This document shows, one piece after another, positions 1 through 10,419 of a DNA stretch of 36,502 nt. The DNA is from a virus (Duplodnaviria > Caudoviricetes). The notes below the pieces were generated by a model that was given only the letters and a program-made list of their open reading frames with translations, made no database searches and had not been told where the DNA came from. Made by a program: the position numbers and the translations under genes. The stretch's first letter is position 1; each line of letters begins with the position of its first letter. The stretch covers positions 1 to 36,502 of the IMG/VR virus record IMGVR_UViG_3300032280_001026; one strand, given 5' to 3'.

Positions 1-780
1 AGTGATATTATCACTGATTTTATTGATCTTGTCCAAAGAACAGTTGAAGCAATACCTGATCCTTTAGGTGAACTAGGCTCGCTCGGTGTGTCTATTACAA
101 AGAATTTTCCTAAATTTGCCGAAACGATAAAATCATTGTTTTCAGCTAGCGATACATTAGGAAAAATTAAAAATCTTGGAAAAACACATTTAATACTCAA
201 GCCTTTTATAAAAATTATTCTTAGTATTTTAGATTCAGAACAAACTCCTGAAGAGGTTAAAAACGATAAGCGCTTTATCTTAGGCACTCTAAACAAGATG
301 ATTCTTATAATTGATCTAACAGAGGATTTTTATATTCAAAAGAGAGCTGCTGAAACTGCAGGTATCAAAGATTTTCAGTACAAAAACAAAATATTTCAAA
401 AGAGTAGATCTTTTGATGACTATGATCCTCAAACATCACACGCAAGAAAGTCACCTGAGCAGAGAGAAAGAGAATATTTATCAGATTATGATGATGGGTT
501 TAACTTTTTACAAGATTCTTTAAAGAGAAAATCTTTAGCTTATCTCATCGCTGAATCAGAAGAAGATATTGTTGATGAAGAAGTGGAAGCAGAAGGTGAA
601 GAGTTAGAAGAGTTTTCAGGCGCCGGCGCTGTTGCAGGCTTCACTCTACCTTTAGGCGCTTCTCCTCGTGGACCTAAAGGCGCTCACAGCAGCACTACAG
701 GCGGCAAAGCTTATCCTTACACTTCTTCAAATAGATCAAAGTTTAATAAGTTTAGCAAAAAGACATTCGGAGGAAAATAA
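1..780 (+). CDS. Hypothetical phage protein, 5'-truncated by window edge; acidic, Gly-rich C-terminus; possibly virion-internal
   Basis: Frame is open from base 1 (AGT GAT ATT ATC...) to TAA at 778-780, so the listed GTG at 88 is not the true start; acidic tract EEDIVDEEVEAEGEELEE followed by FSGAGAVAGFTLPLG. Confidence 0.6.
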   Translation, partial: SDIITDFIDLVQRTVEAIPDPLGELGSLGVSITKNFPKFAETIKSLFSASDTLGKIKNLGKTHLILKPFIKIILSILDSEQTPEEVKNDKRFILGTLNKMILIIDLTEDFYIQKRAAETAGIKDFQYKNKIFQKSRSFDDYDPQTSHARKSPEQREREYLSDYDDGFNFLQDSLKRKSLAYLIAESEEDIVDEEVEAEGEELEEFSGAGAVAGFTLPLGASPRGPKGAHSSTTGGKAYPYTSSNRSKFNKFSKKTFGGK

Positions 781-783
781 TTT

Positions 784-812
784 TGTAAATTTGATTATCC
801 CTTATGTATAAT
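784..812 (+). promoter_or_regulatory. Sigma70-like early/middle promoter TGTAAA-N17-TATAAT upstream of ssb
   Basis: TGTAAA 784-789, TATAAT 807-812; the same architecture recurs at five other sites in the window. Confidence 0.65.
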
Positions 813-874
813 GGCTTTGCAATTAAACATTGCATTTTAAAAGTTACAAACTAAATAACTAAGGAGATACAATC

Positions 875-1711
875 ATGGCAATCGATTTTGAAGCAATTAA
901 GGCAAAACTCAACCGTCTATCTGGTGCTAACAAGAACCGTAATGTAAAGTGGAAACCTGAAGAAGGTCAAGAATACACTATTCGAATCATTGCATTCCCT
1001 GACAATGATGGACAGCCTTTTAAGGAAGTACAGTGGTATTTCGGAATTCCAAATGTTCGAGGCTTCGTTGCTCCCACCCAGTTTGGAAAGAAAGATCCTG
1101 TGCAAGAGTTGATCACCAAGCTTCGTGACGAAGGCACTAAAGACTCTTACGAGATGGCTAAAAAGCTTTATCCCTCTATGAGAACTTATGCTGCTGTTAT
1201 TGTTCGCGGTCAAGAAAGTGAAGGTGTTAAGATCTGGGACTTTGGTAAAACAGTTTATCAGAAGCTCTTAACTCTAATGCTTGATGAAGACTATGGTGAC
1301 ATTACAGATCCTGTTAATGGTCGTGACATTAAGGTAACCAATAGCAAGGTTCCTGGAAAGAAGTACGCTGACACCGATGTAACACCTCGTGGCAAAGTTT
1401 CTAAACTTTCTAATGATCAAAAGCAGGCAAGTGAGTGGCTAAACTCTATTCCAAAAGTAGAAGATCTTTACACACTCAAGTCATACGATGAAATTACTGG
1501 TATTCTTGAGACTTGGATTAACGGAGATCAAGAAGCTATTGAAGATGAAGGTACAGAGCACACAACTTCGGTTAAGACCACACCAGCTAGTCGTGGTGAT
1601 GAAGACGAAGATGAAGCTCCAGCAAGAAAGCCTTCTGCAACTGCAGGAAGCAAGAAGAAATCAGCTGATTTTGGAAATCTTGATGATGCTTTTGCTGATC
1701 TGATGACCTGA
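875..1711 (+). CDS. Single-stranded DNA-binding protein, T4 gp32-like
   Basis: WKP..G...IRI, DPV.E, GVKIWDFGKTVY..L, DITDP..GRDI motifs; acidic tail ending LDDAFADLMT; AAGGAG RBS; first gene of the replication block. Confidence 0.85.
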   Translation: MAIDFEAIKAKLNRLSGANKNRNVKWKPEEGQEYTIRIIAFPDNDGQPFKEVQWYFGIPNVRGFVAPTQFGKKDPVQELITKLRDEGTKDSYEMAKKLYPSMRTYAAVIVRGQESEGVKIWDFGKTVYQKLLTLMLDEDYGDITDPVNGRDIKVTNSKVPGKKYADTDVTPRGKVSKLSNDQKQASEWLNSIPKVEDLYTLKSYDEITGILETWINGDQEAIEDEGTEHTTSVKTTPASRGDEDEDEAPARKPSATAGSKKKSADFGNLDDAFADLMT

Positions 1712-1734
1712 TTTAAAATCTAAATAAACCAAGG

Positions 1735-1763
1735 TGGCGAGCAATAAAATGCTCGCCATTCTT
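1735..1763 (+). terminator. Stem-loop between ssb and recA (terminator or attenuator)
   Basis: TGGCGAGCA (1735-1743) / TGCTCGCCA (1750-1758), 9-bp perfect stem followed by TTCTT. Confidence 0.6.
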
Positions 1764-1790
1764 GTAAATCAATTTCAAACTGTGTATTAT
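1763..1790 (+). promoter_or_regulatory. Promoter TGTAAA-N16-TATTAT upstream of recA
   Basis: TGTAAA 1763-1768, TATTAT 1785-1790, then AAGGAG RBS and ATG 1810. Confidence 0.6.
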
Positions 1791-1809
1791 CTTTCTAAAG
1801 GAGACAAAA

Positions 1810-2985
1810 ATGAAAAACGATGATTTTACTAAAGATCTTATAAAATCTTTAAACAAAGAGCAGGGATCAAGAGTGGCTTATAATCTTTCTGAAGACGAAA
1901 GTCCTACTCATGTTAAGCGCTGGATTAGCACAGGATCAAAGTTGCTAGATTGGATTTGTGCTAACAAAAAAAGCGGAGGCCTACCAGAAGGTAGAATTGT
2001 AGAAATTTTTGGACCTCCAGCAATTGGTAAGTCTCATATTGCAACACAGATTGCAAGAAGCACCCAAAAAATGGGCGGAATTGTAGTATATATTGATACT
2101 GAAAACGCGACATCAGTAGATAACTTGCATAACTTAGGTGTCAATGTATCTCAACGATTTGTTTATGTAGATACCCACTGCACTGAAGAAGTTCTTTCAA
2201 TTGCTGAAAAAACAATTCTCAAAGCAAAAGCACTTGACAAAGATGTTCCTGTGACTGTTATTTGGGACTCTGTTGCTGCAACTTCGCCTAAAGCAGAACT
2301 ATTAGGTGATTATGACAAGGAAACAATCGGTCTTCAGGCAAGAGCAATTAGCAAAGGCATGAGAAAGATTACAGGTGTCATTGGACAGACAAACAGTCTA
2401 TTTGTTATTCTAAATCAGATCAGAGACAAGGTAGGTGTTTTGTATGGTGATCCAACGACTACACCTGGAGGCAAAGCAATTCCTTTCCATGCTTCTATTC
2501 GAATTAAACTTGGTGCTGGACAAGAGATCAAGTCAGGAGATGATGTAATTGGAATTCAAGTTAATGCAAAGACAGTAAAAAATAAAGTGTCACCTCCTTT
2601 CCGTAAAGTTGATTTTCAGATCCACTTTGGTAAAGGCATTGTTGAGCATGAAGAACTTTTTGATATTATTCGAAAGCATTGCAAAGATCACGAAGTCATT
2701 GTTGATAATTTAAAGTATCTTATTGACGGCGGCGGCGCCTGGAAAACAATTAGTATTTCTGATGCTCGAACAGGTGAAGTTATTGCTGAGAAAAAGTTCT
2801 ATAAGGCAAACTTTAATGAAATTATCAATTCTCCAGACTGGCGTGATGCAGTTGATATTTTAACAGAAGCAGCAATGATTAAAAAGCTAGGCACACCTGA
2901 TGGTGTCGAGATTGATCATGAGTCGTTTGAAGAAGTTCAAGCCTTGGCGTCAGAGCTTGGAATGGATGACTATGTAGATGAATAA
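1810..2985 (+). CDS. recA: RecA/UvsX recombinase
   Basis: ISTGS..LD, GGLPEGRIVEIFGPPAIGKS (Walker A), YIDTENA, WDSVAA, GLQARAISKGMRK, NQIRDKVG, TTPGGKA..F.ASIR, KNKVSPPF. Confidence 0.95.
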   Translation: MKNDDFTKDLIKSLNKEQGSRVAYNLSEDESPTHVKRWISTGSKLLDWICANKKSGGLPEGRIVEIFGPPAIGKSHIATQIARSTQKMGGIVVYIDTENATSVDNLHNLGVNVSQRFVYVDTHCTEEVLSIAEKTILKAKALDKDVPVTVIWDSVAATSPKAELLGDYDKETIGLQARAISKGMRKITGVIGQTNSLFVILNQIRDKVGVLYGDPTTTPGGKAIPFHASIRIKLGAGQEIKSGDDVIGIQVNAKTVKNKVSPPFRKVDFQIHFGKGIVEHEELFDIIRKHCKDHEVIVDNLKYLIDGGGAWKTISISDARTGEVIAEKKFYKANFNEIINSPDWRDAVDILTEAAMIKKLGTPDGVEIDHESFEEVQALASELGMDDYVDE

Positions 2986-3943
2986 AGATAGAGTTATGCT
3001 CGTAGATGGTTTAAACTTATTTACGAGACACTTTATGGCAAATCCTGCAATGTCTGACAACGGCGAACACGTTGGCGGCACTGTAGGATTTTTTAATGCT
3101 TTGATGAACCTTATTGAAAAATGTAACCCAGAAGGCGTAATAGTTGCCTGGGAAGGAGGTGGTTCTACTAAAAAAAGAGGGCTTTATAGCGATTATAAAA
3201 AGAAGTCAAAACCTCAAAATTTAAATCGCTACTATGAAGACGATATACCTTCCACATACCAGAATAGAAATCTTCAAATAAAAATATTGACAGATTTGCT
3301 TTCTAAGATACCTGTATGTCAAGTTTATGTTGAGAATGCCGAAGCTGATGATGCGATAGGTTATCTTTGCAAATACACTCTCAAAGATAAAAACAAGATA
3401 ATTGTTTCTTCTGATCATGATTTTTATCAACTTATCGACAAGAAGACAATTATTTGGTCACCTACTTCTAAAACTTTTGTCAATGAAAAAAATGTAATTG
3501 ATAGATTTGGAATTCATCCTGCAAACTTTTATCTTGCAAAAAGTATATCTGGAGATCCTTCAGATAACATACCTGGTGTCAAAGGTGTAGGATACAAAAA
3601 CCTTTCCAAGAGATTCCATAAGCTAACAGAATCAACTGAGTATATACTCTCTGACTTGATCGAAGATGCAAAATCTCAAATTACGCCTAAGAGCCCTAAA
3701 ATATTTTTAGATATTGTGAACGAAGAAGATCTCATTAAGAGAAATATTAGGCTTGTTGTTCTTGACTCCAACAATTTGAGCATTGATCAAATAGCAAAGT
3801 TAGAAGATGCGATTGTAAAGTACTCACCTATGTGGGATAATATGGGTATCTTAAAATCTCTTAAAGAGTCAGCAATAGGCTCTATTGATATCCAGCGTTG
3901 GAACTATCTTCTAAAGAACTTAAAAAAAGGCACAATTAAATGA
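2978..3943 (+). CDS. 5'-3' exonuclease / flap endonuclease (PolA N-terminal domain, T4 RNase H-like)
   Basis: LVDGLNL..R, EADDAIG, SSDHDFYQL, GDPSDNIPGVKGVG helix-hairpin-helix; stand-alone with no polymerase domain. Confidence 0.92.
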   Translation: MNKDRVMLVDGLNLFTRHFMANPAMSDNGEHVGGTVGFFNALMNLIEKCNPEGVIVAWEGGGSTKKRGLYSDYKKKSKPQNLNRYYEDDIPSTYQNRNLQIKILTDLLSKIPVCQVYVENAEADDAIGYLCKYTLKDKNKIIVSSDHDFYQLIDKKTIIWSPTSKTFVNEKNVIDRFGIHPANFYLAKSISGDPSDNIPGVKGVGYKNLSKRFHKLTESTEYILSDLIEDAKSQITPKSPKIFLDIVNEEDLIKRNIRLVVLDSNNLSIDQIAKLEDAIVKYSPMWDNMGILKSLKESAIGSIDIQRWNYLLKNLKKGTIK

Positions 3944-5313
3944 GTTATGAGAATCACTTTTCTAAATACGGAAAAGATTTCCAAGAAAAAATCTTCCAGT
4001 CGCTTATGACTGACCATCAATATGCTGTACAGATGGTTGAAGTCATGACACACGAATACTTTGAGCTTAAGTATTTACAGTATCTGTGTGATAGATTTTT
4101 TGGTTTTTATCTTAAATATAAAAACTTTCCTACAATGAGTTTGCTTGTTTCGATCATTAAAGACGAGCTAACTGAAGGTGATGACTTAATTCTCAAGTCA
4201 CAAGTTGTTGAGTTTCTTTCAAGAATCAAGTCTTCTCCTAACTTAGGTGACTTAGAGTATGTAAAAGAAAAGTCATTAGACTTTTGCAAGAAGCAAGTAC
4301 TTCAGCAAGCGCTTGAAGACAGTGTGAAAGCTATTCAAGCTGAGAATTACGAAGGCGTCTTAAACATTATGAAAGATGCTGTATCAAAAGGATCAGGATC
4401 ATCTGTAGGTCATGAATTCTTTAAAGACCATGAAGCAAGATTTGCAAAGATTAATAGAATTTGCTGCCCTACAGGTATTCATCATCTTGATGCAAAAGAT
4501 GTTTTTAACGGAGGTCTTTCAAGAGGTGAAATTGGTGTTGTAGTTGCTCCAACAGGTGTAGGTAAGTCTCACTGGCTTGTAGCAATGGGTGCCGAAGCTC
4601 TGCGTCGTGGTAAAAATGTGTTGCATTACACATTTGAATTATCTGAAACAGCAGTAGGAATTAGATACGACAGCAATCTTACAGGAATCAATTCGACTGA
4701 CGTTGTAGATAATAAAGAAAAAGTGTTATCGTACTATGAACAAAACAATTTTGGAAGACTAATTATTAAACAGTATCCAACTGGAACTGCAAGTATTGTG
4801 ACTCTCAGAAACCACATAGAAAAACTTGCCATGAAAGATTTTGTTCCTTCACTAATTGTTATTGACTATGCTGACATTATGAGGTCTACAAGACAATTTG
4901 ACTCACTTCGACATGAGCTTAAGCTTGTTTATGAAGAATTAAGAAATCTTGCAATGGAGATGAATATTCCAATCTGGACAGCATCACAAGCAAATAGAGA
5001 AGCTTCAAATTCTGAAGTTGTTGGTCTAGAAAACATGTCAGAAGCATATGGTAAAGCTATGGTTGCTGATATTGTTATTTCAATTTCAAGAAAAGCAACA
5101 GAAAAAGCAACAGGTGCCGGAAGAATCTTTGTTGCTAAGAATCGAGCTGGCAAAGACGGTATTATTTTTCCAGTTAGAATTGATACTTCAAGATCAAAAA
5201 TCGAAGTAATAGACGATACAAGCCAAATGTCACTTGTAGATATTTATGAATCACATAATACAGGAACAAAAGACATGTTAAAATCTAAGTGGAAAGAGAT
5301 CACAAGTAAGTAA
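3940..5313 (+). CDS. dnaB: Replicative DNA helicase (DnaB / T4 gp41 family)
   Basis: PTG...LD, APTGVGKS (Walker A), TFELSE, IVIDYADIM, TASQANR, KNRAG. Confidence 0.93.
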   Translation: MSYENHFSKYGKDFQEKIFQSLMTDHQYAVQMVEVMTHEYFELKYLQYLCDRFFGFYLKYKNFPTMSLLVSIIKDELTEGDDLILKSQVVEFLSRIKSSPNLGDLEYVKEKSLDFCKKQVLQQALEDSVKAIQAENYEGVLNIMKDAVSKGSGSSVGHEFFKDHEARFAKINRICCPTGIHHLDAKDVFNGGLSRGEIGVVVAPTGVGKSHWLVAMGAEALRRGKNVLHYTFELSETAVGIRYDSNLTGINSTDVVDNKEKVLSYYEQNNFGRLIIKQYPTGTASIVTLRNHIEKLAMKDFVPSLIVIDYADIMRSTRQFDSLRHELKLVYEELRNLAMEMNIPIWTASQANREASNSEVVGLENMSEAYGKAMVADIVISISRKATEKATGAGRIFVAKNRAGKDGIIFPVRIDTSRSKIEVIDDTSQMSLVDIYESHNTGTKDMLKSKWKEITSK

Positions 5314-5343
5314 TCGGGATATTGAAAAAACAAAAGAGGTAAT

Positions 5344-7884
5344 ATGTACAAGTATGAACAGGTAATACAGGAATCTAACAAATATTTTCAAGGTGATGAG
5401 CTTGCTGGAAGTGTATTTGCAAGCAAGTACTCTCTTCAAGATAGTCAAGGCAATTTCTTAGAGGCAAGCCCAGATGAAATGCACAATCGTCTTGCAAACG
5501 AATTTGCTAGAATAGAATCAAACTATCCTAATCCCATGAGCAAGTCAGAGATTTACTCGCTCTTTGATAGATTTAAATATGTAATTCCGCAAGGCTCACC
5601 AATGAGCGGAATTGGTAATAACTATCAGATTCAGAGTATCTCAAACTGCTTTGTTATTGCTTCACCTGAAGACAGCTATGGTGGCATTCTTAAGACAGAT
5701 CAAGAACAAGTTCAAATTATGAAGCGCCGAGGCGGTGTTGGATTTGACGTATCAAATATTCGCCCTAAGGATCTGCCTACATCTAACGCTGCTAAGACAA
5801 CTTCTGGATTAGAAGTGTTTCTTGATCGCTTCTCAAACTCTTGCAGAGAAGTTGCGCAAGGCGGCCGGCGTGGTGCACTGATGATCACACTCTCAGTTCA
5901 TCACCCACAGATACGAGACTTTATTAAGATTAAAAGAGATCTGACTCGTGTGACAGGTGCCAACATCTCAGTAAGATTGAGTGAGGAATTTATGCGCGCA
6001 GTAAAGGGAGGTGATACATTCCAACTGCGTTTCCCAGTCAACGCCAAAGAGCCAATTGTTGAAGAGTGGATTGACGCTCAAGAGCTCTGGCACGAGATTG
6101 TTGAATCTGCACATGCGTCAGCCGAGCCCGGTCTTTTGTTTTGGGATACAGCTAAGAGCATGACTCCATCTGATATCTACGAAGCAGAAGGCTTTGGCTC
6201 AACTTCAACAAATCCTTGTGGTGAAATTATTTTGTCACCATACGATAGCTGTCGTTTAATGCTTGTAAATCTAACTGGATTCATTGTTAATCCTTGGACA
6301 AAAGATGCAAGATTTGATTTTGATCACTTCGGTGAAGTAGTTCAGAAAGCACAGCGTTTGATGGATGACTTAATTGATCTTGAGATTGAAAAGATTGACA
6401 CAATCATTCAGAAAGTAATTGATGATCCTGAATCAGATGATGCCAAGCAGCCAGAGTTAAATCTTTGGAAAAAGATCCGAAAGCAGACAGCATTAGGCCG
6501 CAGAACCGGTCTAGGTATTACTGCATTGGGTGATGCACTTGCCATGCTAGGACAGATCTACGGCAGTGAAGAAAGCATTCAGACAACTGAAAAGATTTAT
6601 CGCCATCTTGGCGTTCATTCTTACATATCTTCAATGATTATGGCCAAAGAGCGAGGTGCTTTTGGTGTACATGATACTGAAAGAGAAGTAGGACATCCTT
6701 TCTTAGAAAGAATCTTTAGTGCCGTAGATGAAGAAGGTGGTGTGCAAGGTATTCCTGCAAGAGAGTATAATAGGCTTTATGGAAGACGAAATATTGCTAA
6801 TACCACAACAGCACCTGCAGGATCTGTTTCTGTTTTGACACAAACAACTAGCGGCATCGAACCTGTCTTTATGCTTCACTACACACGTAGAAAGAAGATT
6901 AATCCTAACGACAAGGATGCACGTGTTGATTTTGTAGATGAGCTAGGCGATCGCTGGACTGAATTTACTGTTTATCATCATCTTTTCAAAAATTGGATTG
7001 ATTCTAAGTTCTCTCCTGCAGAAAGAAGCAAATACACTCCAAGCGAACTTGTTGATATGAGCCCATACAAGGGTGCAACTGCAAATGAAATAAATTGGGT
7101 ATCTAAAGTAGATCTCCAATCAGTGGCTCAAAAGTGGGTTTGCCATGCAATCTCAAACACTACAAACTTGCCTGCAGATATTGATGTTGAGACTGTAAAA
7201 CAAGTTTATATGCGAGGATGGGAAAAGGGTTGCAAAGGTATTACCGTTTATCGTGACGGAAGTCGTTCAGGCGTTTTAGTTAGTCAAAATGAAGATAAGA
7301 AGTCAAAAGACAGATCTACACTGTCCTTTGTTGACAACAAAGCACCAAAGCGTCCTGAGACACTAACTTGCGAAATTCGTCAGGATACAATTAAAGGTGA
7401 AAAGTGGACAATCCTTGTTGGTTTAATGGACGGTCGTCCTTATGAAGTAATTGGTGGTTTAAGCAAGTATGTTGAAATTCCACGCAAGTACAAGCTTGGA
7501 GAGCTTAGAAGAAGACAGAAAAAGTCAGGTAAGTCAATGCTTTCTAAATACGACTTGATTTGCGGCTCTGGTGAAGAAGAATTTGTTATAAAAGATGTAG
7601 TTTCTGTATTTGACAATCCTAATTATGCAGGATATACAAGAACAATATCTCTTGCACTTCGTCATGGAGCACCCGTTCAATATGTTGTTGAACAGCTTCA
7701 AAAAGATAAAGAAGCAGATCTTTTTAGTTTTAGCAAAGTTATTGCTCGCTGCTTGAAAAACTACATTCCAGATGGTACAATAGGAGGAGATAAAGCTTGC
7801 TTAAACTGCGGTGCAGAAAATAGTTTAGTATATCAAGAAGGCTGCGTGACATGCAATTCCTGCGGCAGCAGCAAGTGTTCATAA
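5344..7884 (+). CDS. nrdJ: Adenosylcobalamin-dependent (class II) ribonucleotide reductase
   Basis: SNCFV, GGRRGALM, ANISV, TNPCGE, APAGSVS, SGIEP, KGITVYRDGSR; C-terminal TSCPD-like region and CxxC...EGC..CxxCG.SKC zinc ribbon; no NrdB subunit nearby. Confidence 0.92.
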   Translation: MYKYEQVIQESNKYFQGDELAGSVFASKYSLQDSQGNFLEASPDEMHNRLANEFARIESNYPNPMSKSEIYSLFDRFKYVIPQGSPMSGIGNNYQIQSISNCFVIASPEDSYGGILKTDQEQVQIMKRRGGVGFDVSNIRPKDLPTSNAAKTTSGLEVFLDRFSNSCREVAQGGRRGALMITLSVHHPQIRDFIKIKRDLTRVTGANISVRLSEEFMRAVKGGDTFQLRFPVNAKEPIVEEWIDAQELWHEIVESAHASAEPGLLFWDTAKSMTPSDIYEAEGFGSTSTNPCGEIILSPYDSCRLMLVNLTGFIVNPWTKDARFDFDHFGEVVQKAQRLMDDLIDLEIEKIDTIIQKVIDDPESDDAKQPELNLWKKIRKQTALGRRTGLGITALGDALAMLGQIYGSEESIQTTEKIYRHLGVHSYISSMIMAKERGAFGVHDTEREVGHPFLERIFSAVDEEGGVQGIPAREYNRLYGRRNIANTTTAPAGSVSVLTQTTSGIEPVFMLHYTRRKKINPNDKDARVDFVDELGDRWTEFTVYHHLFKNWIDSKFSPAERSKYTPSELVDMSPYKGATANEINWVSKVDLQSVAQKWVCHAISNTTNLPADIDVETVKQVYMRGWEKGCKGITVYRDGSRSGVLVSQNEDKKSKDRSTLSFVDNKAPKRPETLTCEIRQDTIKGEKWTILVGLMDGRPYEVIGGLSKYVEIPRKYKLGELRRRQKKSGKSMLSKYDLICGSGEEEFVIKDVVSVFDNPNYAGYTRTISLALRHGAPVQYVVEQLQKDKEADLFSFSKVIARCLKNYIPDGTIGGDKACLNCGAENSLVYQEGCVTCNSCGSSKCS

Positions 7885-7900
7885 CTAAAAGGAGTTAACT

Positions 7901-8503
7901 ATGTTATGGAAGTTTAGCACATCAAACTTACTAAAAGATTTCGAATTAAATCAAAACCCTGTTGTGGTTGTTGTAAATAAGTTTGATGAACCGGCAGCTG
8001 ATGAATTTAGAAATAAGTTTTCTCTTGCACAAAGCACTGGTCAAAAAGTTATTCCTGTTGTAATTGACTCATACGGCGGACAAGTTTATAGCCTTATGTC
8101 TATGATTTCAACAATTAGATCATCAACTTTACCAGTTGCTACTATTGTTGAAGGTAAAGCTATGTCTTGTGGTGCTGTTCTACTTTCTTTTGGTCATGAA
8201 GGAATGAGATTTATGGATCCTGACGCAACTGTTATGATTCATGATGTAGCATCAGGTCAGTGGGGTAAAAACGAAGAAGTCAAAGCATCTGCAGCAGAAA
8301 CTGATAGATTGAATAAAAAGATTTTTTCAATGATGTCAAAAAATTGCGGGAAAGAAGAAGATTTCTTCCATAAAGCAATTCACGAAAGAGGTCATGCTGA
8401 TTGGTTTTTAGAGGCAAATCTTTGCAAAGAAATTGGTCTTGTAAATCATATTAGAGTTCCTACATTCGATATCAAGATTGATGTTTCTATAGATTTTAAG
8501 TAA
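7901..8503 (+). CDS. clpP: ClpP-family serine protease
   Basis: IDSYGGQV, AMSCGAVLL (catalytic Ser), VMIHD (His), DWFLEA (Asp). Confidence 0.88.
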   Translation: MLWKFSTSNLLKDFELNQNPVVVVVNKFDEPAADEFRNKFSLAQSTGQKVIPVVIDSYGGQVYSLMSMISTIRSSTLPVATIVEGKAMSCGAVLLSFGHEGMRFMDPDATVMIHDVASGQWGKNEEVKASAAETDRLNKKIFSMMSKNCGKEEDFFHKAIHERGHADWFLEANLCKEIGLVNHIRVPTFDIKIDVSIDFK

Positions 8504-8526
8504 TCTTTTAAATACTTGATCAAACT

Positions 8527-8555
8527 AAACAGCACTCAAAAAGTGCTGTTTTTTT
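8527..8555 (+). terminator. Rho-independent terminator ending the replication/nrdJ/clpP unit
   Basis: AAACAGCACT-caaaa-AGTGCTGTTT followed by a T run. Confidence 0.85.
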
Positions 8556-8590
8556 ATTTTCTGATCTATATTTAAACAAAAGGAGTGTTA

Positions 8591-9046
8591 ATGTCTATAG
8601 ACAATTTAATAGTTTTTGTTGCATCTTTTAAAGCTGCTGAAATGTGGATGCATGCCGCACATCACTTAACCAAAGGACCTGCTTTTATTGCAGCGCATGA
8701 ATCACTTTATGGTAAGATTTATAAAACTATTGGAGATGATTATGACACTTTGATAGAAAAGTTTGTTTATACTCTCGACAACGAAGAAATTGCTTGTCCA
8801 ATTATGATTTCTTCTTTAGCAGCAAAAATATTAATGAAGTATGATTCTCCTGCAAACTTAGATGAAAGAAGTATATCGGCAATGGCACTAGTTTTACTTG
8901 TTGATCATATGAAAGGTATTGAGAGACTTAAAGAAGTATTAAAAGATTCTGGAATGTTAACGCTGGGCATGGATGATTTTCTAGCTGCTGCTTTTAATCA
9001 GTATGAGTCTTATGCTTACAAGCTGAATCAGCATTTGAAAGTTTAA
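8591..9046 (+). CDS. Dps/ferritin-like four-helix-bundle protein
   Basis: H..H..KGPAF...H..LYGKIY......D.LIEK resembles the Dps HW...G..F...H......D..AER signature; AGGAG RBS favours ATG 8591. Confidence 0.65.
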   Translation: MSIDNLIVFVASFKAAEMWMHAAHHLTKGPAFIAAHESLYGKIYKTIGDDYDTLIEKFVYTLDNEEIACPIMISSLAAKILMKYDSPANLDERSISAMALVLLVDHMKGIERLKEVLKDSGMLTLGMDDFLAAAFNQYESYAYKLNQHLKV

Positions 9047-9106
9047 TAATACAAAAATTTTTGTACTATTAGAGTTAGTTAAGTTTAAGTTTAAGTTGAG
9101 TTTTTA

Positions 9107-10099
9107 ATGACTGCTGTTAGAATAATTGAGTCTTCGGGCTCTTTTGGCGCTTTACAAGTGTCTTCAGGAGACGGTGGATTCTTACCAGGTTCGCTGATTG
9201 CCGGAACAAATATATTAATCCAAAATAATCAGTCTGGATCTTTTACAATTTCAGCTGTTGTTTCTGGTTCTGTCAGTGTTGTTAGCAGCGGATCAATTTC
9301 AGCTTCTGACGAGATACTTGTTACAAAAACATCATCGAATATTCCTGGCGGAAAGCTTTTAGTTGCAGGCGCCGGAATAGACATACAAAAAACTTCAGAT
9401 GCAGTTATTTTTTCTTCACCTGCTTTTGAAAGCTCAAGAAAAAAGTTAAGTTTTTTTATGACAGAAGAAATTAACTCTCTGACACCAATCAGAGTAGTTT
9501 CTTCTTCATTTGATTCTGTTAATTATGATGATGAAAGAATTGATGTGTTGTATAATGGGCAACTTTTACATACAGGAACTATTGTTCAAGTAGAAAACGC
9601 TCAGAGAGATTATTACATTTATGGATCTGATCATCTTGTTTTTTCTTTTCCAGTACTTAAAGACGATATTGTAGACACGATTGTTAACAAGCAAAAATAT
9701 ACAACGTCAGTTAACGCTGCTGATATTAACGGTTCATATATAGTTCTGTCAGCTACAGGATCATTACCTTTTCATAGAGTTTTAACGGGATCGTCAGGGA
9801 TTACAATTAATGATGGAGGCCCTAGTCAAAATTTAGAGATTAAACTTCAAAAAGAATTAGTATTTAATGAATTATTGTCAGGAAGTTGTGACGGAACAAA
9901 TACACAATTTTCGCTAAAGAATTCTCCTTTTAGTTCATCAAGTATATCAATTTTTGTTAACGGCCAATTACAAACACCACAATATCTAAGTTTAGATTTT
10001 TACGACTATTACACCTCAGGAAGCACAATTTTTTTTACCTCGGGATCTATACCTAGCACAAGAAGCATACTTTTATCAATTTATGAAAAATTAATTTAA
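9107..10099 (+). CDS. Putative virion structural protein (beta-rich; baseplate or fibre associated)
   Basis: Ser/Gly-rich, repeated L.AG.(N/G)I.I units, two V(L/F).NGQL...DY modules typical of large-phage structural proteins. Confidence 0.6.
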   Translation: MTAVRIIESSGSFGALQVSSGDGGFLPGSLIAGTNILIQNNQSGSFTISAVVSGSVSVVSSGSISASDEILVTKTSSNIPGGKLLVAGAGIDIQKTSDAVIFSSPAFESSRKKLSFFMTEEINSLTPIRVVSSSFDSVNYDDERIDVLYNGQLLHTGTIVQVENAQRDYYIYGSDHLVFSFPVLKDDIVDTIVNKQKYTTSVNAADINGSYIVLSATGSLPFHRVLTGSSGITINDGGPSQNLEIKLQKELVFNELLSGSCDGTNTQFSLKNSPFSSSSISIFVNGQLQTPQYLSLDFYDYYTSGSTIFFTSGSIPSTRSILLSIYEKLI

Positions 10100-10185
10100 T
10101 TATGTCTAAACAAAAATTAAGAAATATATATGAGTGTTAGGTTTAAGTAAAGTTTAAGATCAAACAATGCAATAAGGTAAAAAAA

Positions 10186-10419
10186 ATGACAGACAATAGT
10201 AACACTTTTAAAACATCCGATCTGGCAATTGCAGCTTTTCTTGTGATGAAAGGTAAACGTTTGATTGAAGCATCTGTAGAAAAAGGTGGAAAATTTAATT
10301 TTTCATTTGAAGATAAAGAAAACGGCTGCTTCAGTCTTGTAATTGAATTTGCAAATAGTGAATCAGCAAAATTTGATTCACACATAAAAAATTTAAAAAA
10401 TATTTTATTTAAGTCGTAA
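10186..10419 (+). CDS. Small protein resembling the DUF5659 family
   Basis: F.TSDLAIAAFL..KG..L.......F.F.F pattern recalled for DUF5659; AAGG RBS. Confidence 0.55.
   Translation: MTDNSNTFKTSDLAIAAFLVMKGKRLIEASVEKGGKFNFSFEDKENGCFSLVIEFANSESAKFDSHIKNLKNILFKS

Noticed and set aside
2978-3943. Truncated polA
   Set aside because: Stand-alone 5'-3' exonucleases of this size are normal in phages; the gene is translationally coupled to the helicase with no polymerase remnant
1810-7884. Additional inteins or introns in recA, dnaB or nrdJ (common hosts)
   Set aside because: Lengths are normal and no Hint block A/B/F/G motifs interrupt the conserved motifs
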